Positions 20,791 through 30,337 of a stretch of 30,750 bases of DNA are shown here, piece by piece. Position 1 is the first letter of the stretch, and the number at the start of each line of letters is the position of its first letter. Under the pieces are notes generated by a model that ran no database searches, was not told the origin of the DNA, and worked only from the letters and a program-made list of their open reading frames with translations. Position numbers and translations under genes: made by a program. Source of the stretch: Bdellovibrionales bacterium (lineage in GTDB: Bacteria > Bdellovibrionota > Bdellovibrionia > Bdellovibrionales > UBA840); assembly GCA_037969075.1 (NCBI GenBank), contig JBBKWS010000077.1:1-30750 (forward strand), written 5' to 3'.

Positions 20791-21279
20791 TTAATTAAAA
20801 ATTTCTTGAACCTTTGATTCGACGCTTGGTTCGTCACAGTTTGTAGCTAACGACAGCTCTTTTATTAGACGACAACGTGCCGTATCTAACATTTTACGCT
20901 CGCCAAAGCTTAACTCTTTTCCAACTTTTAATAAAAACAGCTCTCTTAATACTTGAGCAATTTCAAATACTGAACCAGTCTTAATCTTGTCCATATACTC
21001 ACGTTGACGGCGATTCCATGTCTGGTTATCAAGTCTACGAATAGGGGTTTCATCTTTTAAGATGTCCATAACCTCGTTAGCTTGATCACTGGAAATTACA
21101 GGACGAAGACCTTTTTTTACTGCACTTACAGTTGGCACCATTACTTTGCTTTTTGTCTCAAGTAACTCGATAGAATAAACATCACAACTAGTGCCCATGA
21201 TATCTTGAGCTTCTATAGAAACGACGCGACCGACTCCGTAGCCAGGATAAACCGCTAAGTCCCCTACTTTAAAACTCAT
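20791..21279 (-). CDS. carD: CarD/CdnL family RNA-polymerase-binding transcription factor
   Basis: FKVGDLAVYPGYGVG, VMVP, GLRPV, TWNRR (conserved Trp), KIKTGS and LSFGERKML. ATG 21279 follows GGAGG. Confidence 0.95.
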   Translation of the reverse strand: MSFKVGDLAVYPGYGVGRVVSIEAQDIMGTSCDVYSIELLETKSKVMVPTVSAVKKGLRPVISSDQANEVMDILKDETPIRRLDNQTWNRRQREYMDKIKTGSVFEIAQVLRELFLLKVGKELSFGERKMLDTARCRLIKELSLATNCDEPSVESKVQEIFN

Positions 21280-21301
21280 GTAACCTCCAGGTTCTAATTG
21301 A

Positions 21302-21349
21302 ATTATAACAGCGAAATAACAGTATAGCATTCATGACGCGTTATTTCAA
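21302..21349 (-). promoter_or_regulatory. Tandem sigma70 promoter elements of carD
   Basis: TTGAAA-N17-TATACT with extended TG (21349-21321), plus a second extended -10, TGTTATAAT (21310-21302). Confidence 0.7.
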
Positions 21350-21356
21350 TGGAGAG

Positions 21357-21399
21357 GTGACAATTAGTGTCACATTGTAATGTTTACTGAGATAGTAAA
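21357..21399. promoter_or_regulatory. Two 6-5-6 inverted repeats upstream of the carD promoter (operator-like)
   Basis: GTGACA-attag-TGTCAC (21357-21373) and TTTACT-gagat-AGTAAA (21383-21399). Confidence 0.45.
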
Positions 21400-21486
21400 A
21401 AACCTGAACAATTCAGTATTTAGGCTACTTTACCTGATAAAAAAGTTCCTAGATCTAACTCAATGACTCATAGCGAGGCCGAGGCC

Positions 21487-22089
21487 TTAAACGCTAATAT
21501 CGCCGCTCATTTCATCAATGTTTTTACTAAAACTTGGAACAAAAGTTTCTAAGAAAAATTTAACCTCAGGTGTTTCAGTGGACTGAATAGTCTTTAGAAG
21601 AGTTTTTTCTGCAGCCGCAAACTCAGGGTTCCCCGCTGCTTTTTCTTCTAGGCATTTTATGTATGCGCAAATTTTATCGGCAACCTTTATCATATCCCAC
21701 AAATCCTTATCTTTATCCCCTGCAATAAGTAGAGGAGAGTAGTCAGCTCTAAAATCTTCAGGAAGTGAGCTTAAAAGTTGGTTAGCAGCATATTTTTCTA
21801 TGGTTTTATAGGTATCACGGATTTCGGGATTAAAGTATTTTACCGGCGTTGGCAAATCCCCCGTAAGCACTTCAGTAGCATCATGATATAAAGATAGAAG
21901 AGCAATTCGTTCTACATTTATAGTTCCACCATAATATTTATTTTTAGTCAGCGCCAAGGCATGGGCAACTACAGCTACTTGCAGAGAATGCTCTTGCACA
22001 TTTTCTTTTTGGGTAGAGCGCATTAAGCTCCAACGCTCAATTAATTTCATTCTAGAAAGATAGGCAAAGAAGTGATGTTTTATTTTCAT
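21487..22089 (-). CDS. yfbR: HD-domain 5'-deoxynucleotidase
   Basis: FFAYLSRMKLIERWSLMR, ENVQEHSLQVA, YHDATEVLTGDLPTPVKYFN and ADKICAYIKCLEE..AGNPEF. Confidence 0.93.
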   Translation of the reverse strand: MKIKHHFFAYLSRMKLIERWSLMRSTQKENVQEHSLQVAVVAHALALTKNKYYGGTINVERIALLSLYHDATEVLTGDLPTPVKYFNPEIRDTYKTIEKYAANQLLSSLPEDFRADYSPLLIAGDKDKDLWDMIKVADKICAYIKCLEEKAAGNPEFAAAEKTLLKTIQSTETPEVKFFLETFVPSFSKNIDEMSGDISV

Positions 22090-22095
22090 TTCGAC

Positions 22096-22124
22096 ACACT
22101 AGTTAGCTAGATCTGCCAGGTCAA
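22096..22124 (-). promoter_or_regulatory. Putative sigma70 promoter (leaderless) for yfbR
   Basis: TTGACC-N17-TAGTGT, then 6 nt to the ATG. Confidence 0.65.
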
Positions 22125-22143
22125 AGTATAACAAGAAGTAGCA

Positions 22144-22172
22144 TTGACTTTTTAACCCAGTATCTAGATGAT
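22144..22172 (+). promoter_or_regulatory. Putative sigma70 promoter (leaderless) for xdhABC
   Basis: TTGACT-N17-GATGAT, then 7 nt to ATG 22180. Confidence 0.55.
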
Positions 22173-22179
22173 TTCACCC

Positions 22180-23640
22180 ATGCGAAACCAGGCTTGTTTT
22201 TATATTAATGGCCAAATGATACATGCTAGCCCTGAAGAGGGCCAAATGATGCTTGCTGATTTTTTGCGCTATAAAAAAAATCTGACAGGAACAAAAATCG
22301 TTTGTGCCGAAGGTGATTGTGGCGCTTGTACAGTTTTAAAAAGATCTCCTGTTTCTGATAAAGCCTACACCCCCATCAACTCGTGCATTGCCAATGTAGC
22401 GCAAATGGACGGGGCAAGCCTAATTACAGTTGAGGGTATAGCAGAAGATTCAGCTCCTCACCCTGCACAACAAGCCATGATCAAATGCCATGGTAGCCAA
22501 TGCGGCTTTTGTACCCCAGGTTTTGTAATGGCAATCGTTGGAGACATTGAAGCGAAAATTAAAACTAAAAACACTAAAACAGTAAGTACACAGCAAGTTA
22601 AAAATGCATTAACAGGCAACTTGTGTAGATGCACAGGCTATCAACCCATCATTGATGCTTTTTTATCTATAGATTTAAAGAAAGTAAAATCATTAGATAG
22701 TGCCTATTACTCGAAAGCTATCGATGCGAACCTAAAAAAACTGCGTAAATCCTCACTCTTATTACAATCCGATGAATTTAGTTTTTATGCTCCCACAACT
22801 TTAAATGAAGCTAAGAAATACCTAAAAAAACATAAGAACATTAAAATTGTTGCCGGCATCACTGATTTAGGAGTTCTTCATAATAAGCAAAAGCAACGAA
22901 TTACACATGCCATGAGTTTACATCTAATTGCTGATTTATATACAATTAGTAAAACTACATCCACTGTAACTGTAGGAGCTCAAATAAGCTTAAGTGCTCT
23001 AAGAAATTACATTGCTACAAGCATTCCAGAGTTCGCTAAATTCTTAGATATATTCGCATCCCCTCAAATTAAAAACGTGGCGACCCTTATAGGAAATATC
23101 GCTAACGCTTCGCCCATTGCAGACACACCGCCTTTTTTATTAGTAATGAATGCAAAGGTTGAAGCACATAGCACGAAGGGTAAGCGCTTAATTCCTTTAA
23201 AAGATTTTTATATCTCTTACAAAAAAACCAAATTAACAAAAGATGAACTTATCACTCACGTGCATTTTGAAATCCCCACTAAAAAAGATGTACTAGGCAT
23301 TTACAAAGTTTCACAAAGAAAAGACTTAGATATATCCGCAGTAAATCTTGCCATTCGAATACAACTAGAGAAGGGCAAAGTTAAGTTACTACAAATAGCC
23401 GCTGGAGGTATTGCCGCGACTCCTCTTAGGTTGTATAAATCCGAAAAGGTCCTTACTAACAAAGAAATAACTACTGATACTATAAAAACTTTTTTAACCA
23501 CCGTGCGATCCGAAATCACGCCACTTAGTGACCTTCGCGCCAGTGACGACTTCAGGCACCTTTTAGTTGAAAATCTTGTCTATAAATTTTTTATAGAAAA
23601 AGGGTTATTAGAGAAAAAATCGTGGGGCGCAGAACTATGA
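22180..23640 (+). CDS. xdhA: Xanthine dehydrogenase small subunit (two [2Fe-2S] + FAD)
   Basis: GTKIVCAEGDCGACT, SQCGFCTPGF, GNLCRCTGY, AGITD, QIKNVATLIGNIANASPIAD and YKVSQRKDLDISAV. Confidence 0.95.
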   Translation: MRNQACFYINGQMIHASPEEGQMMLADFLRYKKNLTGTKIVCAEGDCGACTVLKRSPVSDKAYTPINSCIANVAQMDGASLITVEGIAEDSAPHPAQQAMIKCHGSQCGFCTPGFVMAIVGDIEAKIKTKNTKTVSTQQVKNALTGNLCRCTGYQPIIDAFLSIDLKKVKSLDSAYYSKAIDANLKKLRKSSLLLQSDEFSFYAPTTLNEAKKYLKKHKNIKIVAGITDLGVLHNKQKQRITHAMSLHLIADLYTISKTTSTVTVGAQISLSALRNYIATSIPEFAKFLDIFASPQIKNVATLIGNIANASPIADTPPFLLVMNAKVEAHSTKGKRLIPLKDFYISYKKTKLTKDELITHVHFEIPTKKDVLGIYKVSQRKDLDISAVNLAIRIQLEKGKVKLLQIAAGGIAATPLRLYKSEKVLTNKEITTDTIKTFLTTVRSEITPLSDLRASDDFRHLLVENLVYKFFIEKGLLEKKSWGAEL

Positions 23641-26060
23641 GCAACCTACCCCATGACAATGCCCATACCCATGTAAGTGGGCAAAGTGAATACGTTGACG
23701 ACAGGCCTGCGATGACCAATGAGTTATTTGTTGAGGTTGTCTATAGTCCACACGCTCATGCTACTATAAAAAAAATAAATACAAAAAAAGCCTTAGGCGT
23801 ATCTGGGGTACAAGCAATCTATACATCTAAAGATTTTCCCCATAATAAATGGGGGACTATTTTTAAAGACCAACCCTTGCTTGCAGATAAAAAAGTTAAC
23901 TTTGCCGGAGAAGCTATTGCCATTGTTGCAGCAGATTCAAGGCAAGCGGCCATTGAGGCCAGAAACTTAGTAGAAGTAGATTATCAAGTCTTGCCAGCTA
24001 TTCTTAGCATTCATGACGCCAAAATAAAGAAGGCATGGATTGCTGATGAAAGAAAAATTGTACGAGGCGAGGTCGACGCCAACTTAAAACAAGCTCCTCA
24101 CACTATCAGTGGTAATATTATTATCCACGGGGCTGATCATTTTTATTTAGAGAGCCAAGTAAGTATTGTCTATCCAAAAGAAGATGGGCAATTAGAGGTC
24201 CATACATCATCACAACATCCAACCGAAACCCAACATGTGATTGCCCATAGCTTAGGTTTAAAAGCTAGTGATGTAACTTGCATCGTAAAGCGGATGGGCG
24301 GAGGTTTTGGTGGAAAAGAATCCCAAGCTGCCCCATTCGCAGCATACGCTGCCTTGGTGGCGCACACCTTGAAACGCCCGGCTAGAATCACCTTAACTAA
24401 AGATGATGACATGATTATGACGGGAAAACGAAATCCCTTTGAAAACTTATATAAAGTTGGTTTTGATAATGACGGAAGGATTTTAGCACTTGATGCAAAA
24501 TTATATTCGGATTCAGGTGCCTATGCCGATCTTTCTACCTCCATCATGGAAAGGGCAATGCTTCATATCGACAATGCCTACTTTATTCCTCACCTGCGTG
24601 TAACAGGACAGGTTTGTAAAACAAACATCCACCCCCACACTGCCTTTCGTGGATTTGGTGGCCCTAAAGGAGTTGCCACTATAGAAAAGATCATCGAGCA
24701 AATCGCGCACCATCTAAATAAAGATTCTTTAGAGATTAGAAAATTAAATGTTTACACTGACGACGATCAAAGAAATATCACGCATTACGGACAAGTCGTT
24801 AATAACAACTGCCTACCTAAATTATTTTCTCAGCTAGAAGTAGAATCAAAATATCATCAGCGCCAAAAAGACATAGCTATTAACAACCAACAAGTGCTCG
24901 ACGGTAAATCCCATATTTTAAAAGGCCTATCACTAACCCCTGTGAAGTTTGGAATCTCTTTTACAACCAGATTTTTAAATCAAGCTAACGCCTTAGTAAT
25001 TATCCACCGTGATGGCACTCTGCAAGTGGCTACTGGCGCTACCGAGATGGGCCAAGGAGTTAACGCCAGAATTGCAGAGCTTATATCTAGAGAATTTGGA
25101 ATCGAAAGATCTTTTGTTCGCATGATGCCTACTAGTACTGATAAAAATGCCAACACCTCACCCACTGCAGCATCTAGTGGAACTGATTTAAATGGCGCTG
25201 CCGCTCTTTTAGCTGTTAGAAAATTAAAAGCAAAATTAAGCGGGCTATGTGTACAACTTTTAAAAACTCATAAAGATAAGTGGGCTAGCCTAACTGCTGG
25301 GCTTGGCACAGAAGAAGAAATGGAAGTTGCAGACATAGATGATACAAATGATGCTAATGAAAATGTAGATTGGAACCTAGGAACTAGCGATTACCACGGG
25401 ATTGCATTTAAAAATGGTTTTGTATTTCATCAAGATCAACCAACCAATAAAATAGCATTCGCTGATGTAGTCAATGAGGCTTACCTAAACCGTTTATCAC
25501 TTACTGAATATGCGCATTATAAATTTCCTAATCTTTCATTTAATAAATTAAGTGGGAGGGGCGATGCATTTTTATATTTCACCCAAGGTGTAGCTGCCTC
25601 TGAAGTAAGTGTAGATACAATTACCGGTGAAGTAAAAGCACAAAGGGTCGATATTTTAATGGACCTAGGAAAATCTATCAACGAAGGGCTTGATATAGGG
25701 CAAGTTACAGGTGCATTTATCCAGGGGATGGGCTGGGTAACCACAGAAAAGTTATTTTACAATAAGGGCTACCTTGTGTCCCACTCGCCAAGTACATATA
25801 AGATTCCAAACATTCAAGATACGCCAAGAGAGTTTAATGTAAAACTATTTGATAACCCTAATAATCTTGTAAATGTTAGGGCGACCAAGGCTGCCGGTGA
25901 ACCTCCTCTACTTTTAGCCATCAGTATGTGGACCGCCATTCAAAATGCCATCAAAGTTTTACCTGATTATAAATGCGCATATCCTAATATAGAACTCCCC
26001 GCTACCAACGAAGAAGTACTCAGAGCTATTTATCCTAACAGATTTACGAGGAAAACATGA
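23637..26060 (+). CDS. xdhB: Xanthine dehydrogenase molybdopterin-binding subunit
   Basis: HFYLE, SSQHP, GGGFGGKESQ, ERAMLH, TAFRGFGGP, GISF, TAASSG, GAFIQGMG and GEPP. The ATG overlaps the xdhA stop (ATGA). Confidence 0.96.
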   Translation: MSNLPHDNAHTHVSGQSEYVDDRPAMTNELFVEVVYSPHAHATIKKINTKKALGVSGVQAIYTSKDFPHNKWGTIFKDQPLLADKKVNFAGEAIAIVAADSRQAAIEARNLVEVDYQVLPAILSIHDAKIKKAWIADERKIVRGEVDANLKQAPHTISGNIIIHGADHFYLESQVSIVYPKEDGQLEVHTSSQHPTETQHVIAHSLGLKASDVTCIVKRMGGGFGGKESQAAPFAAYAALVAHTLKRPARITLTKDDDMIMTGKRNPFENLYKVGFDNDGRILALDAKLYSDSGAYADLSTSIMERAMLHIDNAYFIPHLRVTGQVCKTNIHPHTAFRGFGGPKGVATIEKIIEQIAHHLNKDSLEIRKLNVYTDDDQRNITHYGQVVNNNCLPKLFSQLEVESKYHQRQKDIAINNQQVLDGKSHILKGLSLTPVKFGISFTTRFLNQANALVIIHRDGTLQVATGATEMGQGVNARIAELISREFGIERSFVRMMPTSTDKNANTSPTAASSGTDLNGAAALLAVRKLKAKLSGLCVQLLKTHKDKWASLTAGLGTEEEMEVADIDDTNDANENVDWNLGTSDYHGIAFKNGFVFHQDQPTNKIAFADVVNEAYLNRLSLTEYAHYKFPNLSFNKLSGRGDAFLYFTQGVAASEVSVDTITGEVKAQRVDILMDLGKSINEGLDIGQVTGAFIQGMGWVTTEKLFYNKGYLVSHSPSTYKIPNIQDTPREFNVKLFDNPNNLVNVRATKAAGEPPLLLAISMWTAIQNAIKVLPDYKCAYPNIELPATNEEVLRAIYPNRFTRKT

Positions 26061-26851
26061 AAACTCTGTGGACAGTGGCACAAGAATTAACAGATACCGC
26101 GACTGCATTTGTCGTTGTTACAATGCTTGATACTAAGGGGCACGCACCACAAGACCCAGGAGCAAAAATGATTGTCACGAGCCAGGGCCTATATTGGGGA
26201 ACTGTCGGTGGCGGAAAAGTTGAAGCTAGGTGTATCCAAGAAGCATTGAAAAATATAACTCAAACAACCTCCCCACAAATTTTTACTTGGAATTTACAGC
26301 GTGACATCGGCATGACTTGCGGCGGAGAGGTCACCTATTTATTTGAAACCTTTTCCCCTAAATCTTGGCCTATCGTTATTTTTGGCGCTGGTCATGTGGG
26401 ACAAGCCGTGGTCAGAATGCTCTTAAACCTTGAATGCCAAATCATTTGCATCGATCACAGAAAAGAATGGTGTGATAAGCTACCCACATCGCCCAAACTA
26501 AAAGTCATTCATGAGCTTACACCCGAAAAACTTGTACCTGACCTATATTCTGATTCTTACTTTTTATCCATGACCCAAGGACATGCCATGGATTTGCCTA
26601 TCTTACAAAATTTATACACACATTATCCTACAGCTCCTTATATTGGCGGCATAGGCAGTGTGATTAAAGCAAAAAAACTTACAAAAGAATTGATTGAATT
26701 TGGGGTTAGCAAAGAGACTTTAGAAAATAACTTTCATTGTCCTATTGGTTTACCTATCGGAACAAACCATCCCTATGAAATCGCCGTAAGTATTCTTGCA
26801 GAATTATTGCAAGTAAGGGATCACTTGCGTGATTTAAAATTAAAGACCTGA
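26057..26851 (+). CDS. xdhC: Xanthine dehydrogenase accessory protein (Moco chaperone)
   Basis: GHAPQDPGAKM, GTVGGGKVE, GMTCGG, IFGAGHVG, GGIGS, CPIGL and HPYEIAVSILAELL; coupled to xdhB by ATGA. Confidence 0.94.
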   Translation: MKTLWTVAQELTDTATAFVVVTMLDTKGHAPQDPGAKMIVTSQGLYWGTVGGGKVEARCIQEALKNITQTTSPQIFTWNLQRDIGMTCGGEVTYLFETFSPKSWPIVIFGAGHVGQAVVRMLLNLECQIICIDHRKEWCDKLPTSPKLKVIHELTPEKLVPDLYSDSYFLSMTQGHAMDLPILQNLYTHYPTAPYIGGIGSVIKAKKLTKELIEFGVSKETLENNFHCPIGLPIGTNHPYEIAVSILAELLQVRDHLRDLKLKT

Positions 26852-27711
26852 TCCACTGCTCGTCTTGCTGCTGGATATTTCTTTAAAAGACGATCTGCCC
26901 ACGCCAAAGGAAATGATCTAATAATCCAAAAACAAAGCCAAGCTAGTGCTAACGCTCTTAAAGAGTAAATCCATATTTCAAAAAAACTAGAATGCTCATT
27001 GAGCCACATAAAGCTTACGCTTAAGATCAAAGAAATTAAAATCCATGGACTTAAACTGTCCTTCATCGCACCTATTACTGGATGTAATTTCTTTTTGCCA
27101 ACAGAGGCTATTTTAATATTTCGAATTTTTGTAAGATACTTTATTTCAAACTCAGCCTTGGATCGCCACACAAAAATACCAACTAAGACTGCGATCAATA
27201 GTTTACTGATTACAACGGTGACAAGTAACCAAGCCCCGTATTTATAGTCAATAGAGAATGTTTCGGCAAATCCAATCCATAATTTTTGTAAAGCAAAAAA
27301 TAACTTTTCGCCAAACACAAGGTAGGCAAATAAAAGCGGTTGAATAAAACCCCAAAGGGACAATAAAATCATCCCAACCGATACGCCTACAATATTTCTT
27401 CCAAAAACGAAGCCAAAAGAAAAGAGTAGGCCTTGTACGCTAATTGCCAGCATTGGAGTTAATCGTTTTCCCATAGGAGACAAAGATTTTAGAGTTGCTG
27501 CAATGACTGATATAGCAATGCTTGTTTGCATAGCGGCTTTAATCGAATCAACTTTTTTACTCGCTAGAGTTAGAAGGACAGCTTGGTTTAATGATAAGAA
27601 ATGACCAGCAAACGGAATATGCAGGGCATGTAGTAAGCTACCAAGACCTATTTCTGTAATTGATTGAACAGCGGCATAATCGCCAATGTGTGCGGTTTCT
27701 TTTACTTCCAT
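26821..27711 (-). CDS. Polytopic membrane protein, N-half loosely reminiscent of ECF S-component-like proteins
   Basis: About 7-8 hydrophobic segments, EIGLGSLLHALHIPFAG and LKSLSP..LTPMLAI. Likely start is ATG 27711, overlapping the end of the upstream gene. Confidence 0.75.
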   Translation of the reverse strand: MEVKETAHIGDYAAVQSITEIGLGSLLHALHIPFAGHFLSLNQAVLLTLASKKVDSIKAAMQTSIAISVIAATLKSLSPMGKRLTPMLAISVQGLLFSFGFVFGRNIVGVSVGMILLSLWGFIQPLLFAYLVFGEKLFFALQKLWIGFAETFSIDYKYGAWLLVTVVISKLLIAVLVGIFVWRSKAEFEIKYLTKIRNIKIASVGKKKLHPVIGAMKDSLSPWILISLILSVSFMWLNEHSSFFEIWIYSLRALALAWLCFWIIRSFPLAWADRLLKKYPAARRAVDQVFNFKSRK

Positions 27712-28154
27712 TTGCAAGCAAGAATTACTCCTATCCAAGTAAATCCTATTCCTAGTAAGCGTACTGATGAAACAGCAATTCCTTCAACTTTTAAATCCCA
27801 AATTAAACTTGCTAGAAGTTGTCCTGACATCAATAAGATAAATGTTTGGGCGGCTCCCCACTTAGCTATAGCCCAAGGTCCACCAAAAACTAAGATGCAG
27901 CCAATAATTCCTGGCAAGATAAACCAAAGAGAAAATATTTTTAAATCGACTTGAGGCCTGACACTATTTGAAAACCATTCGGCTTTAAAAAAAATTAACC
28001 CATAAATTGCAATTGCTACGATCAAAAGTACAATAGCATTTAAAAGAAGAGCCGCGCTAAGCCCCCACTGGGAAGCTATTTTGCGGTTTAAGCCCGCCTG
28101 AAGAACAACTAGTGCGCCTAACATGGCTGGAGCTAAAGTGATTAATGGATTCAT
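27702..28154 (-). CDS. DMT superfamily small transporter (YdcZ/DUF606-like)
   Basis: 150 aa with about 5 TM; GALVVLQAGLN, W..LPGIIG and GAA......GQLLASLIWD. Confidence 0.85.
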   Translation of the reverse strand: MNPLITLAPAMLGALVVLQAGLNRKIASQWGLSAALLLNAIVLLIVAIAIYGLIFFKAEWFSNSVRPQVDLKIFSLWFILPGIIGCILVFGGPWAIAKWGAAQTFILLMSGQLLASLIWDLKVEGIAVSSVRLLGIGFTWIGVILACKWK

Positions 28155-28205
28155 AGAGATATATGATGCTATTTTTTATGAACTGGCAATCATTTAATTA
28201 TTCTA

Positions 28206-30296
28206 TCAACCCACGCCAGCCAATGCCGTTGGACCGTGGGCCTCAACAAGAGCGGCACGCAAGGCCTGATGTTCTGCTGATTTTAACAATGGATCTTTTT
28301 TAAAAATTTCAAACGCAGCCTCTCTGGCTCTCATCAAAATTTCGGTGTCAGTGATTAGGTTCGCTAGTTTAAATCCAGCAAGTCCTGATTGACGGGTCCC
28401 TAAAATTTCGCCAGCTCCTCTAAGTTTTAAATCTTCGTTAGCAATTTCGAACCCATCATTGGTGGATGCCATCACATCAGCTCTGTGTTTAGATTCTTCA
28501 CTCACAGCGTAACCTAAAAGTAAAACACAATAGGATTTGTGTTGCCCTCGTCCTACGCGTCCACGCAATTGATGAAGTTGCGATAAACCAAATCTTTCTG
28601 TGTGTTCAATGATAATCATGTTGGCGTTTGGTACATCAACCCCAACCTCAATTACAGTGGTTGAAACTAAAACGTGAATTTCATTTTTTCGAAAGAGTTC
28701 CATAGTTTGATCTTTTTCAACTTCTTTCATTTTGCCGTGTAGTAATCCAAATTTTACCGCTGTGTTTTTACTTACCAGCTCTTCAAACTGTGAGACAGCA
28801 TCCTTTAGATCTATTTTTTCTGATTCTTCTACCAAAGGATAAACGATGTAGGCCTGACGTCCCTCACCAACTTGCTCCGCCATATAATCAAAAACTTTAT
28901 TTCTTTTTGAATCGTACACAACCTTGGTGGTTATAGGTATTCTGCCTTTAGGCATTTCATTGATGATAGAGACATCTAGATCTCCGTAAACAGTCATTGA
29001 TAGAGTTCTAGGAATAGGAGTTGCTGTCATAATTAAGAAATGTGGAGAGATGCCTTTTTGTTTTAAGATATTCCTTTGGCCCACGCCAAACCGATGTTGT
29101 TCATCAATAATGACTAGTCCCAGGTTATTAAATTCGATTTGATCTTGGATCAAGGCGTGAGTACCGATCACAAATTGAAACTCCCCACTAGCTATCTTTT
29201 CTAGATTTTCTCTTTTCTCTTTGGCTTTTTGCATGCCAGTTACCATGCCAACCTTTATACCCAGTGGCTCTAAAAGTTTTGTAGCGCTCTTAAAGTGTTG
29301 ATTCGCTAAAATTTCAGTGGGCACCATTAGTGCTGTCTGTAAACCACTGTCGGCCGCAAAGACAGCTGCCATCATGGCTACAACTGTCTTACCACTTCCC
29401 ACATCGCCCTGAACTAGTCTATGCATAGGATGCGGTTTAAGCATATCGGTCTTGATCTCTTCAAAAGATTTTTTTTGTGCGTTAGTTAATTCAAACGGTA
29501 GGGATTTTTGTAAAAGCTCAACTTTATTTAAGTTATTTTCAACTACTGGGCCTATCTCTCTTTCTACTCCGGATTTTTTTGAGGCAAGGTAGAGTTCTAA
29601 CCAAAAAAATTCATCAAAAATTAAACGTTCGTGGTAGATCGATTTACCCAGTAAAAAATCAGGATCAGGCTGTTGTGGTGGTAAATGTATTTTTGTAATC
29701 GCCTCTTCTCGTCCGATCAGATTGTATTTTTGTTTTAACCAGCTTGGAAGCGGGTCAATGTGTTTACCCTTTAGTCCTTCAAGCGCAGTAGTTAAAATGC
29801 TTCTAACTTTTCTGGGTGGTAGACCGTCTGTCTCGGTGTAAATTGCAACGACTCTGTCGTCGTTTTCTGCTTCTTCAAAATCCCTTAGATCTGGGTGATG
29901 AAACTCGATATTGTTACGGTACAATGTAGTTTTACCAATTACGCGTACTTTGGTTCCGGCTTGAAACCTTTCAAAATAACCTTTGTAAGGAGTTCTAAAA
30001 AATTTGCAGGTAATAAATCCGCTCTCATCTCCTAAAAGAACAATATACATTTTTCGATGTCCGCGCCCTAGCGGTTGTGTAGAAACTTTTCTGACGGTGG
30101 CAACAAGACTTACTAATTCGTCGGCTTTTAAGGATCTAATGTTTCTAGCTTCACGCCGATCTTCGTAAGCCCTGGGATACCATTCGAGCAAATCTCTAAC
30201 CTTGTGGATATGTCTACCCGCCAAAAGACTAGCGAGTTTAGGCCCAACTCCCTTTAAGTACTGAATATCTGTGTCATATTGAATTTCACCCACCAC
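28206..30296 (-). CDS. recG: ATP-dependent DNA helicase RecG
   Basis: LKGVGPK, YPRAYEDR, QGDVGSGKT, PTEILA, DEQHRFGV, MTATPIPRTL, QLHQLRGRVGRG and DLKLRGAGEILGTRQSG. The start may be GTG 30293. Confidence 0.99.
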   Translation of the reverse strand: MVGEIQYDTDIQYLKGVGPKLASLLAGRHIHKVRDLLEWYPRAYEDRREARNIRSLKADELVSLVATVRKVSTQPLGRGHRKMYIVLLGDESGFITCKFFRTPYKGYFERFQAGTKVRVIGKTTLYRNNIEFHHPDLRDFEEAENDDRVVAIYTETDGLPPRKVRSILTTALEGLKGKHIDPLPSWLKQKYNLIGREEAITKIHLPPQQPDPDFLLGKSIYHERLIFDEFFWLELYLASKKSGVEREIGPVVENNLNKVELLQKSLPFELTNAQKKSFEEIKTDMLKPHPMHRLVQGDVGSGKTVVAMMAAVFAADSGLQTALMVPTEILANQHFKSATKLLEPLGIKVGMVTGMQKAKEKRENLEKIASGEFQFVIGTHALIQDQIEFNNLGLVIIDEQHRFGVGQRNILKQKGISPHFLIMTATPIPRTLSMTVYGDLDVSIINEMPKGRIPITTKVVYDSKRNKVFDYMAEQVGEGRQAYIVYPLVEESEKIDLKDAVSQFEELVSKNTAVKFGLLHGKMKEVEKDQTMELFRKNEIHVLVSTTVIEVGVDVPNANMIIIEHTERFGLSQLHQLRGRVGRGQHKSYCVLLLGYAVSEESKHRADVMASTNDGFEIANEDLKLRGAGEILGTRQSGLAGFKLANLITDTEILMRAREAAFEIFKKDPLLKSAEHQALRAALVEAHGPTALAGVG

Positions 30297-30299
30297 CTT

Positions 30300-30331
30300 T
30301 TATTGGACTTAAATAAAAATCATGTCAAACT
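30300..30331. promoter_or_regulatory. Interleaved divergent sigma70 promoters for recG and the plus-strand gene
   Basis: Minus: TTGACA(30328-30323)-N17-CAATAA(30305-30300). Plus: TTGGAC(30303-30308)-N17-CAAACT(30326-30331) with TGn extension. Confidence 0.5.
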
Positions 30332-30337
30332 AATTTC

